Assembly: GCA_964491305.1 (NCBI GenBank)
Contig: CAZBGG010000001.1
Coordinates: 1 to 36,016, forward strand
Direction of reading: 5' to 3'
DNA: 36,016 nt
DNA from: an uncultured Methanosarcinales archaeon
GTDB lineage: Archaea > Nanobdellota > Nanobdellia > Woesearchaeales > DSVV01
The position numbers and the translations under genes are program-made. How positions within the stretch are numbered: the stretch's first letter is position 1; each line of letters opens with the position of its first letter. Positions 9,839-17,658 of this stretch are shown one piece after another. The notes under the pieces were generated by a model, which saw only the letters and a program-made list of their open reading frames with translations, was not told where the DNA came from and ran no database searches.

Positions 9839-10444
9839 TTACTCTCCATTGCTGGTTGTTTCTTCAGTCTTTTTAGTTTTTGTATCCTCTTCTTTTCCCT
9901 CGTCAGCATCAGGCGATTCTGATTCTGAAGCGGATTCTGCAACTGGACTCTCACCCGAGGCTGATTCCTTTGAATCTTCAGGCGATTCTGATTCTGAAGC
10001 GGATTCTGCAACTGGACTCTCACCCGAAGCTGATTCCTTTGAGTCTTCAGACGATTCTGATTCTGAAGCGGATTCTGAAGCGGGACCCTCACCCGAGGCT
10101 GATTCCTTCGAATCAGTTGCCGGGCCTTCTTTTTTCTTCTCCCCGCCTTCAGTCTTTTTCTGATCCCACACAGCCTTATGCTTTTCTATCAGCTCCTTTG
10201 GCTCCAGCCTTTTTAAGGTATCAATATCATCATAAACATTAGCTATAATCTTAACATCCTGTTGACCAAACCTTGTGTACATGTGCTTAATCACAATTTT
10301 TTCAGGCTTGATATTAATCTTCTTTGAAAACTCCTTCAGTGTATCAACCCTGGAAGGAGTGCTACCTTCGTATTTTGCCCAAGCAGTAACCCTCTTTCTA
10401 GAAAGTAAAGGGGTTTCTTTTTCTTTAACTATATCTATTTCCAT
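9839..10444 (-). CDS. rps24e: 30S ribosomal protein S24e (eS24) with a C-terminal acidic Ser/Glu repeat extension of about 100 aa
   Basis: The N-terminal 100 aa (MEIDIVKEKETPLLSRKRVTAWAKYEGSTPSRVDTLKEF...KHMYTRFGQQDVKIIANVYDD) is canonical eS24. The remainder is made of ESASGE(S/G)P..ESASESES repeats. Confidence 0.85.
   Translation of the reverse strand: MEIDIVKEKETPLLSRKRVTAWAKYEGSTPSRVDTLKEFSKKINIKPEKIVIKHMYTRFGQQDVKIIANVYDDIDTLKRLEPKELIEKHKAVWDQKKTEGGEKKKEGPATDSKESASGEGPASESASESESSEDSKESASGESPVAESASESESPEDSKESASGESPVAESASESESPDADEGKEEDTKTKKTEETTSNGE
9911..10117 (-). repeat. Three tandem 69-nt (23-codon) repeats inside the S24e 3' extension
   Basis: Units start at 9911, 9980 and 10049 (aggcgattctgattctgaagcggattctgcaactggactctcacccga.gctgattcctttga.tcttc). 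The third copy is more diverged. Confidence 0.85.
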
Positions 10445-10446
10445 TT

Positions 10447-10635
10447 TTACCTTACCTTTATGGCATACTCTCCCTTGTGTTGGATATTCATTTTCTTTGC
10501 AACCATAGATTTCTTAGGATCTATTATTGTAAATCTTCCCATCCAGTTCGTGGAAAAGGTTTCAGTCTTGCAAATAGCACACTGATCACCTTCAACAAAC
10601 ATTTTACACTTTTTGCAAACTTTTTTTTTACTCAT
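10447..10635 (-). CDS. spt4: Transcription elongation factor Spt4 / RNA polymerase subunit E''
   Basis: The 62-aa sequence MSKKKVCKKCKMFVEGDQCAICKTETFSTNWMGRFTIIDPKKSMVAKKM has the zinc ribbon plus NGN-binding domain pattern of Spt4. Its position between rpoE' and S24e is conserved. Confidence 0.8.
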   Translation of the reverse strand: MSKKKVCKKCKMFVEGDQCAICKTETFSTNWMGRFTIIDPKKSMVAKKMNIQHKGEYAIKVR

Positions 10636-10637
10636 TT

Positions 10638-11186
10638 TTATTTACCTTTCTTCTGCTCTTCTTCTTCGAGCCATTCAAGCTTGCCCATGCCCTCTTGACG
10701 CATTGTAAGACCAATTTTTGGGTTTGAAAGATCTTTATAACTTATCGCTATCACTCTTGCCCTGCATAAATCCCCTATCTTTAGGTTCCTCTTTGTTTCC
10801 TTACCAAGCAATACCTTATCTTTCCCAAAGGAAACATAGTCATTCATCGTCTGGCTTATATGTATCATACCTTCAGTTGGGCCTATCGACAGGAATCCAC
10901 CAAAATCAGCGATGTCCCTTATTCTTCCCATAACTACTTCTTGTAACTCAGGTTTAAAAGTGAGCAATTCAAAGTCTACCTTATAATATGGGGCTCCGTC
11001 GCCAGGTATTATAACTCCTTGGCCAATTTCACCTATCTTCGAGACATCGATTACGATTCCTAAATCCTTTGAAATATATCCTTCGTACTTGTACTTTATC
11101 GTCCCAATCACCGCATCATTAAGCTCAAGATTGAACTTTTCGGGCGGGACCCTTATATGGTCCTGAATCTTTGTCCTATAAAACAT
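10638..11186 (-). CDS. rpoE: DNA-directed RNA polymerase subunit E' (Rpo7)
   Basis: MFYRTKIQDHIRVPPEKF... is followed by the S1 domain VVMGRIRDIADFGGFLSIGPTEGMIHISQ, the canonical Rpo7 architecture. Confidence 0.85.
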   Translation of the reverse strand: MFYRTKIQDHIRVPPEKFNLELNDAVIGTIKYKYEGYISKDLGIVIDVSKIGEIGQGVIIPGDGAPYYKVDFELLTFKPELQEVVMGRIRDIADFGGFLSIGPTEGMIHISQTMNDYVSFGKDKVLLGKETKRNLKIGDLCRARVIAISYKDLSNPKIGLTMRQEGMGKLEWLEEEEQKKGK

Positions 11187-11187
11187 T

Positions 11188-11577
11188 TTAATCAGTTACT
11201 CCTCTCATCTCAACATACTTTTTCTGACGCAAATAAATATACCTTTTTAACCTTTTCTTAAGACCCAAATCCTGTGTAGCCACAATATAGCCTTCCTGTG
11301 AAAGCTCCACCAATTTGTCATCCACATGCTCTGTCTCTGTAGGTAATATTTGAATCTTTTTTTTTTCGACCAACTTCAGAGCAATATTTGCTGCTTTTTT
11401 ATCCGACTCTTTTCCGCTCTCACTTATCTTAGCAAGCTCGTTTAAGCTGCCGGAACATATAAATACTTCAATCTTGCCATAAACGGCTTTTTCAACCTCT
11501 TTATAAATATCAACGCCAAATTGCCCAGGAATCATTAAAAAGTTAGTATCCAGGACTATTTTGTGGATTTTTGACAT
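11188..11577 (-). CDS. PIN-domain protein (Fcf1/Utp24-like) heading the rpoE' operon
   Basis: VLDTNFLM (first acidic PIN residue), SLNELAK, and IVATQDLGLKKRL (ATxD motif). It ends 1 nt before rpoE'. Confidence 0.75.
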   Translation of the reverse strand: MSKIHKIVLDTNFLMIPGQFGVDIYKEVEKAVYGKIEVFICSGSLNELAKISESGKESDKKAANIALKLVEKKKIQILPTETEHVDDKLVELSQEGYIVATQDLGLKKRLKRYIYLRQKKYVEMRGVTD

Positions 11578-11718
11578 TTATAGCCGAAAATAACCATCTA
11601 TTTAAAAATATTATTGATATTTCTTTGTCGTAACTTTAATTATTCGTGAAAAAATTTTTATAAACCAAAAACTATTTAAACTAAAATCCAGGTTTTGGTG
11701 GAGTAGTGAGGTTCTCAA

Positions 11719-12516
11719 ATGAATAAAAGAAGTTACAAGGAAGGGCTTGACAAACTTAAGCAAAGAATGGATTCTTTTGAAGGAAATGAATTAGATAGAA
11801 AAGTGAACGCCCTCAAGACAGGATTGAAAAATCTGAAAAGCGATGACCTATCCTTATTAATCAGGGAAGGAAAAGAAGGCTTCGAAAAAAGAAAAAAAAT
11901 TCTGGAAGCTAATAAGGAAGATATTTCCTTTTACGCAATCGATGCTAAAAAAAAAGAGGACAAAATGACAGTTGAAAAAACCAAAAAAACAAGTAGTTCA
12001 ACTAAAAAGACCGGAAAAAATAGAAAAGTGAGTAGCAAAAACAACACAAAAAATAACCTGAAAGATTCGGAACCAAAAAACACATCCACAGAGATTAGAA
12101 CTTTGGGCGTGGGAGAAACAATTATTAGCGAAGAGAAGATAAAAATTCTTAATAACTCAGTAGAGCAACTGCATAAAGCCATTAGAAACTTAACCAAAAT
12201 AATAAGTAATGCAACAACTGAATTAAAGGAAGAAAAAGGAGAGGAAGAAAAAATAGAAGAAGTGATTAAGCAAAATAAGAAAATAATTTCAAAAATGGAA
12301 AAGTTATTTCCAGAAGAAGAAAATAAAGAAGAAAGCAGTAAGCAAGATGATGACATTTCACAACTGAGAGAGCGCAACAAAAACGCTCCAACACCAAAAA
12401 TGCCGATGAATGAGCCAGGAGAAATTAAAAAGAATAAGGCACCTAAGCCCCCTGAAGATGATAGCTCCAACATACCTTACCTAAAGCTGAAAAAAGGAAA
12501 TAAATATGACTTATAA
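11719..12516 (+). CDS. Lys/Glu-rich low-complexity (coiled-coil-like) hypothetical protein
   Basis: 265-aa ORF whose composition is dominated by K/E/N/S. No catalytic motif. Confidence 0.45.
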   Translation: MNKRSYKEGLDKLKQRMDSFEGNELDRKVNALKTGLKNLKSDDLSLLIREGKEGFEKRKKILEANKEDISFYAIDAKKKEDKMTVEKTKKTSSSTKKTGKNRKVSSKNNTKNNLKDSEPKNTSTEIRTLGVGETIISEEKIKILNNSVEQLHKAIRNLTKIISNATTELKEEKGEEEKIEEVIKQNKKIISKMEKLFPEEENKEESSKQDDDISQLRERNKNAPTPKMPMNEPGEIKKNKAPKPPEDDSSNIPYLKLKKGNKYDL

Positions 12517-12733
12517 AAGGAGTAAAGTGTTGAAGTTTATTGATAAATTCTCAAAGTACGAGAACGAATCCATTGAAAGCATGGTAGAAGATTACACCAA
12601 AGAAGCAATGGAAGAAATCACCAGCAAAAAGAACAAACAGGACTCGGAAAACAAAAGCCCATCTATTAATATCAGAAAACTCGAATACTCTCCAAAAATT
12701 ATAAAAAATAAAAAATTGACTAAAGATCTTTAG
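12506..12733 (+). CDS. Small hypothetical protein (75 aa)
   Basis: Supported only by an ORF. It overlaps the upstream gene by 11 nt, consistent with coupling. Its 3' end overlaps the convergent 12720..12881 gene by 14 nt. Confidence 0.3.
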   Translation: MTYKRSKVLKFIDKFSKYENESIESMVEDYTKEAMEEITSKKNKQDSENKSPSINIRKLEYSPKIIKNKKLTKDL

Positions 12734-12881
12734 CCATCACAGTCTTCCTGTTATTGCTTTCTGCCCTTTCAGCCGCTTTTTTTACAAGCTCTTCCACCTT
12801 TTTATCAAGGGCCTCTGCAAAATCTCCAGACAGATTACATTCTCCTACAGCTTCCTTAAGCTTAGATTTGACCACTAACAT
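12720..12881 (-). CDS. Small histone-fold-like protein of the DUF1931 type (53 aa)
   Basis: Not in the ORF track. The hand translation is MLVVKSKLKEAVGECNLSGDFAEALDKKVEELVKKAAERAESNNRKTVMAKDL. It matches the VV-x-SK...S-x-DF...L...A-x-x-RA-x-x-N-x-RKTV-x-x-x-D pattern I recall for this family. AAGGAGG lies 8 nt upstream of the ATG. Confidence 0.6.
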   Translation of the reverse strand: MLVVKSKLKEAVGECNLSGDFAEALDKKVEELVKKAAERAESNNRKTVMAKDL

Positions 12882-13091
12882 TTTATCAGCCTCCTTGTTT
12901 TTATACTTCTCTCATTCGATACTATATAAATGTTTTTGTTACGGGATTTTTAAATTTTTTTATTGAAAACCCTAGAAAACGTGAATTAAGTGGCGCAAAA
13001 AAAGCCAGACTCTAAAAAATCGATAAAACCTAAAATTTTTTAAATGGTCTGCAATTTCTGAGGAAAAAGTAATACATATAGGTGCATAATA

Positions 13092-13277
13092 ATGAGACAA
13101 ATAAATGAGTCAACAAGCAAATTCATAAAAGTTAGATGCCCAAAGTGCAAAAACGAACAGATAATTTTTGGAAAAAGTTCCACATCTGTTAAGTGCCTTG
13201 TCTGCGATAAACCCCTCTCAGAACCAACTGGCGGGAAATCTAAGATAAAAGGCAGAGTCTTGGAGGTTCTCGAATAA
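13092..13277 (+). CDS. rps27e: 30S ribosomal protein S27e (eS27)
   Basis: FIKVRCPKCKNEQIIFGKSSTSVKCLVCDKPLSEPTGGKSKI is the C-x2-C...C-x2-C eS27 zinc ribbon. Confidence 0.85.
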   Translation: MRQINESTSKFIKVRCPKCKNEQIIFGKSSTSVKCLVCDKPLSEPTGGKSKIKGRVLEVLE

Positions 13278-14050
13278 TGCTTCTTAAAAAAGAAGGGTAT
13301 CCAGAAGAATCTGAACTGGTTATATGTACGGTTACAAGGATACAATTCAATTCAGTGTTTGTTAATTTGGACGAGTATGAGAAAAGTGGTATGCTCCATA
13401 TATCAGAGATTTCTCCGGGAAGAATACGTAACATAAGAGATTATGTTAAAGAAGGAAAAAAAATTGTTTGTGTTGTTCTCCGCATTCATGAAAGCAAGGG
13501 TCACATAGACCTCTCCCTCAGACGTGTTAATAAAAACCAACACAGGAAAAAGATGGAGCAGATGAAAAAAGAGATGAAAGCGGAGAAAATAATAGAATTA
13601 GTTGCAAAGGATAATAAAAAGGATGTTAAGGAGTTTCATAGGAGTATTGCTCAAAACATGGAATATGAATATTTATCAGATTTGTTTGAAGAAGTTGTCG
13701 CAGGCAATGCAACCTTGGATTCTTTAGGCTTGCCAAAGAAGATAACTGAACAATTAAAAGAATTAGTCCTACAAAGAATAAAGCTCCCAACGGTTGAGTT
13801 AAAAGGCAGGTATTCAATAGTTTTATATGAGCCGGACGGCGTTGAAAAGATAAAAAAAGCTCTACTGGCAGCAAGAAAACATGATGAAGAAAAAATAATA
13901 ATAACCTATATGGGAGCAGGAAAGTATGATCTTAGAGTTGAAGCAGATGAATATAAATCAGCTGAAACTCTACTGAAGAAAACAACTTCCACAATAGATA
14001 GTTCTTTGGAAAAATGCAAAGGACACCTAGAGTTTAAAAGAAAAAGGTAG
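13277..14050 (+). CDS. eif2a: Translation initiation factor aIF2 alpha subunit
   Basis: YPEESELVICTVTRIQFNSVFVNLDEYEKSGMLHISEISPGRIRNIRDYVKEGKKIVCVVLRI is the S1 domain of aIF2alpha. The start overlaps the S27e stop (TAATG). Confidence 0.9.
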   Translation: MLLKKEGYPEESELVICTVTRIQFNSVFVNLDEYEKSGMLHISEISPGRIRNIRDYVKEGKKIVCVVLRIHESKGHIDLSLRRVNKNQHRKKMEQMKKEMKAEKIIELVAKDNKKDVKEFHRSIAQNMEYEYLSDLFEEVVAGNATLDSLGLPKKITEQLKELVLQRIKLPTVELKGRYSIVLYEPDGVEKIKKALLAARKHDEEKIIITYMGAGKYDLRVEADEYKSAETLLKKTTSTIDSSLEKCKGHLEFKRKR

Positions 14051-14055
14051 AGCAG

Positions 14056-14226
14056 ATGGCCAGACACATTCTTTTTTGCAGGAGATGTGAGATTTACACC
14101 ATGAAAGAAATCTGTGGTTGTAAAGAGAAAACAATAAGTCTAAAACCCCCTAAGTATTCTCCGGAAGATAAATACGCTGAATACAGACGGAAAGCCAAAG
14201 AGATGGTATTAAAAGAAAATAGATAG
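14056..14226 (+). CDS. nop10: H/ACA ribonucleoprotein subunit Nop10
   Basis: Not in the ORF track (56 aa). The hand translation MARHILFCRRCEIYTMKEICGCKEKTISLKPPKYSPEDKYAEYRRKAKEMVLKENR has the zinc-ribbon remnant plus the P-x-(K/R)-(F/Y)-SPEDKY-x-x-YR motif. The S27e-aIF2alpha-Nop10 order is conserved. Confidence 0.8.
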   Translation: MARHILFCRRCEIYTMKEICGCKEKTISLKPPKYSPEDKYAEYRRKAKEMVLKENR

Positions 14227-14342
14227 AAAGTTCGACGCCCATCTTATATACCGAAGAATTCTGAAAGTAAAAAACCTTTTTAAAAAGATAAGTCAAAAAT
14301 TGCCACCCCTAAATTAGTGAATGGAATTATTTAAGGATAGAA

Positions 14343-15566
14343 TCAATTAAAAAGCAAAAGAGGATTACCTACATACGTTATGAAAAGGCCAAGAATTATT
14401 ATTGCCAGGAACACAAAACCTACAAAGGCCCATATTTTCTTTGCTTTTTCTTTATCCTTCATAATTTTTTCAAGGGCAAGACCAAACATCCTACCTCCAT
14501 CAACAGGCCCCATTGGAAGCAGATTAATAAGGCCAACAGCAAAGTTCAGCAAAAAAAGCCATTTGAAAAGGCTTGTAAACCAACTGAAAGTGCTGGCTTT
14601 CCAACCCTCATATTCATCAATAATCCTTCTTTCATTCTGTATAGGTGTGATACCTATGAATCCTAAATCGATATCATCTTCAGGATGTTCAATGGTTGTT
14701 AGATGATAATTCTCATCATCTATCCCCAAAGTAATTGAATCACCAGGGGAGACACAACCCATCTCCCTTGCAAAATCCGAGTAATCGTTTACTCCTTTGC
14801 CATTCACAGAAGAAATTATCCCCTCCGCTGGAAGACCCGCTTCTACTGAAGGATATAACTCCTCATCAATCACTTCATAAGTGAAACCAATGGGCTCGGT
14901 CATCCCTGTCTCTATAGGCGCAAATACAAAAGCAAAAAGAAGACCAAAAATAAAGGCCAGAACCATATTCGCCATTGGTCCTGCAGCAAAAACCGAATAC
15001 TGAACAACATCTTTTTGCTTTTTCATTTTATTTTCATCAGGCTCGACAAACGCTGCAGGAAATAGCGGTACAATCACGCCCAACAAGGCAAACCCTGTTG
15101 AATTTAATTTTAAATTATGGGCCCTGGCAACAATTCCATGAGCAAGCTCGTGAAAGAAAGCCAATACAAAAATCGAGATGAAAAAATGCCAGAAAGAAAG
15201 ATACCCAATCCCAGGAACATTAGTAAAGGGCAGTACAAGAGCAAAACTTGCCTCTTCAGCAGCTGGCCTGAATATCCACATCAAAACTGTAATAAAAAAA
15301 GTTAATGTAATAAAAAGCATCCCCAAGAAACCAATACCTATTGATATATAACCATAAAGTTTGACAAGCTCACGATATTTGTTAGCTATCCTATCCATTA
15401 AACCCAAACCGTATTTCGTTGGAAATAGTATTATGTATACAAGATAACCTAAAATAGGCTGAATCTTAACCTTATCCCTATTAAAGTAAGAGAATAAACT
15501 TAAAAGTACTACCACGACTATACCGCTCCAATGGTCCAGCGTAAGATTCCCTAAAAATTCGTACAT
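14343..15566 (-). CDS. Site-2 protease family (M50) membrane metalloprotease with PDZ-like insert
   Basis: Multiple transmembrane helices. FFHELAHGIVA is the HExxH motif and NLLPMGPVDGGRM is the NxxPxxxLDG motif of M50. The ATG overlaps the gatE stop by 1 nt (TAATG). Confidence 0.85.
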   Translation of the reverse strand: MYEFLGNLTLDHWSGIVVVVLLSLFSYFNRDKVKIQPILGYLVYIILFPTKYGLGLMDRIANKYRELVKLYGYISIGIGFLGMLFITLTFFITVLMWIFRPAAEEASFALVLPFTNVPGIGYLSFWHFFISIFVLAFFHELAHGIVARAHNLKLNSTGFALLGVIVPLFPAAFVEPDENKMKKQKDVVQYSVFAAGPMANMVLAFIFGLLFAFVFAPIETGMTEPIGFTYEVIDEELYPSVEAGLPAEGIISSVNGKGVNDYSDFAREMGCVSPGDSITLGIDDENYHLTTIEHPEDDIDLGFIGITPIQNERRIIDEYEGWKASTFSWFTSLFKWLFLLNFAVGLINLLPMGPVDGGRMFGLALEKIMKDKEKAKKIWAFVGFVFLAIIILGLFITYVGNPLLLFN

Positions 15567-17380
15567 TACTCTTCACCTTTATGCTTTTTTACTATTTCCT
15601 TTACTTTTTTACCGTCTGCATTAAATTCTTTCATAACCATTCCAATTATCGCTCCCAATGGAGCCTTCCTGTTTTCATTTATAATTCTTTTTATTCCCTT
15701 TTCCAATTCATCATCTGAAACGTTCTTATATTTTTCAATGTTGAGCCCCCTGCTCATGGAAACATCCACTATTAAATCCATTACTGAGGCTTTTGAAATA
15801 TTCCCTTTAGATACTTCATCAAATATTTTCTCCAAATCCTTCTCCTTAACTAGAGCTGGCTCGGCACCTTCATAGTCCCTTGAAATCTCAATTGGAAAAG
15901 ATACCAGAATTTCTGCAACATAGGAGGGCTTCAGAAGGCCTTTCTCATTGCATAGTCTCTCAAACAAATCATTAAAATCAGATTTTGAAATACTCTTTGC
16001 CAGATCAAAAGAAAGGCCCATCTCTTTTTGATACCTTCTTGCCTTGTCTTCAATCAATTCAGGAAGCTCAAAATCAAAATTCATTTCAACAGGCATGACA
16101 TCAGTTTCAGGATACATACGGGCCCCGCCTGGCATAGGTCTTAGGTAGCTTGTGCTTCCATTAAGATTGGTTTTCCTCACTTCTTTTGGTACACCTTTTC
16201 TAGCCATACCTGCCCTGGCTGCAACAGCCTTAAGGGCATTCTCAGCCTTTTCAGTCAAGTCTGCAACCAGTACAAAAGCATCATTTGCACCCAATTTTAG
16301 CGATTTCCTTATTAAATCAACGTCTTCTTGTCTTATCCCATAGTGAGGCAGTTCATCAGAATGGAAAATTCCTCCAACACCTGCCTTTACCTTTGCATAA
16401 TCGGAAAACTCGCTCCCCAACCTTCTGTCTACCTGAACCTCTTTTCCAATAACCCCGGCAAAACCTTCAAGCTTCATGCCAAAAACAACCCCCCCTTTCT
16501 TAAGGGCCTTGCTGATAACCTTGGCATCAGTCTTAAGAAATATATCGGAAAGGTCGACAATTTCACCTTTAATATCATCATTTAACATATCCCTGATTTC
16601 TAGCAAAGATATTTGCCTATTAATTTCTTGCTCGACAATCAAAGGCAGCATTTTTAGGTCCTGGGCTCCTTTTATTTCTACCCTGTTCCCATTTTTTATG
16701 CTAACATTTACATCCTGGCGAATCGTGCCCAGCCCCCTTTTACACTTCCCGGTGCTTCTTAAAATATCCCCTATTTTTTCAGCAATAACCTTTACATCCT
16801 CGGGAGTTTTTATATCGGGAGCTGTAGCTATTTCTATTAGTGGAATACCAAGTCTTGAGAGATTGTAAACATCGCACTCCTCCCCTCTCTCAACAATTTT
16901 TGCAGAATCTTCCTCCAAGCAAATGGTTTCTATTCTTGTTTGATCATCTTTACCTTCCAGTATACCATCCATCGCAATAAGAGTGGTTCTTTGAAATCCC
17001 GTAGTATTGCTGCCGTCGACAACGGTCTTTCTCATAACTTGGCCCTCATCAACAATCTTCGCATTAAGAAAATTTGATACGATTAAAGAAGTAATTATTG
17101 CCTCAGAATTCATTTTATGCGGTGGTTCATCATCCAACTCAACAAGACAGCAGCAATCATCATAGAAATTATATTCAAAAACCTTTTTCCTTTCCTGCTC
17201 ATGCAATGCCGCCTCATCCATTTCACCAGTCTCACCAACAACAGCCCTTAGTCTCCTTTTTATACTTGCGTCAGGCTCACCATCATTGATTCTAACCGGA
17301 CAATTACAGAACAATTTTTTGCCATCTAATTGCTGATGAATCTCTAGCCCACATCTAAGACCCAACTTTTTATAATCCAT
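15566..17380 (-). CDS. gatE: Glutamyl-tRNA(Gln) amidotransferase subunit E (archaeal GatE)
   Basis: MDYKKLGLRCGLEIHQQLD...KLFCNCP...LEEDSAKI...RQDVNVSI, a length of about 600 aa and an inserted AspRS-like domain are all typical of GatE. No gatD is adjacent. Confidence 0.92.
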   Translation of the reverse strand: MDYKKLGLRCGLEIHQQLDGKKLFCNCPVRINDGEPDASIKRRLRAVVGETGEMDEAALHEQERKKVFEYNFYDDCCCLVELDDEPPHKMNSEAIITSLIVSNFLNAKIVDEGQVMRKTVVDGSNTTGFQRTTLIAMDGILEGKDDQTRIETICLEEDSAKIVERGEECDVYNLSRLGIPLIEIATAPDIKTPEDVKVIAEKIGDILRSTGKCKRGLGTIRQDVNVSIKNGNRVEIKGAQDLKMLPLIVEQEINRQISLLEIRDMLNDDIKGEIVDLSDIFLKTDAKVISKALKKGGVVFGMKLEGFAGVIGKEVQVDRRLGSEFSDYAKVKAGVGGIFHSDELPHYGIRQEDVDLIRKSLKLGANDAFVLVADLTEKAENALKAVAARAGMARKGVPKEVRKTNLNGSTSYLRPMPGGARMYPETDVMPVEMNFDFELPELIEDKARRYQKEMGLSFDLAKSISKSDFNDLFERLCNEKGLLKPSYVAEILVSFPIEISRDYEGAEPALVKEKDLEKIFDEVSKGNISKASVMDLIVDVSMSRGLNIEKYKNVSDDELEKGIKRIINENRKAPLGAIIGMVMKEFNADGKKVKEIVKKHKGEE

Positions 17381-17658
17381 GGCTAAGATAAAAAAACAAA
17401 GTATATTTATGTTTTTGGGTTATTACTCCACTACCACATGAAGGGATTAATCCATTAGTAAAATTGAGAAATTAGGGGGTATAAAATTCATAATGCAGCT
17501 AAATGTGTCCCAGCAAAGAATACTTTTCCATAAAAAATATATATCTATTTTTGGCATATTTTAGAAAGTTTAGAAACCCAAATTAAATGGAATTATGACA
17601 TTCAGATTTGAGCTGAATTAAATCCCTTAAAAAAATAAGAGAATTAAATAACGAAAAA

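Noticed and set aside
6306-10117. Tandem repeats as possible CRISPR arrays
   Set aside because: Both repeat sets (the 210-nt spaced duplication and the 69-nt triplet) are in frame within coding sequence and lack spacer-repeat architecture. I noticed no CRISPR-like array anywhere in the window.
9829-10242. ORFs 9829..10092(-), 9849..10163(+) and 9880..10242(+)
   Set aside because: These are alternative frames or the antisense strand of the 69-nt repeat region in the S24e tail. Repeats keep several frames open. Only the S24e frame connects to a bona fide domain and to the operon junctions.
11931-12473. Minus-strand 180-aa ORF antisense to the Lys-rich gene
   Set aside because: Its Ser/Leu/Phe-rich composition is typical of the antisense strand of an AAR-rich coding region, and it has no start context.
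13040-13434. Minus-strand ORFs 13040..13345 and 13240..13434
   Set aside because: They are antisense to the clearly identifiable S27e and aIF2alpha genes.
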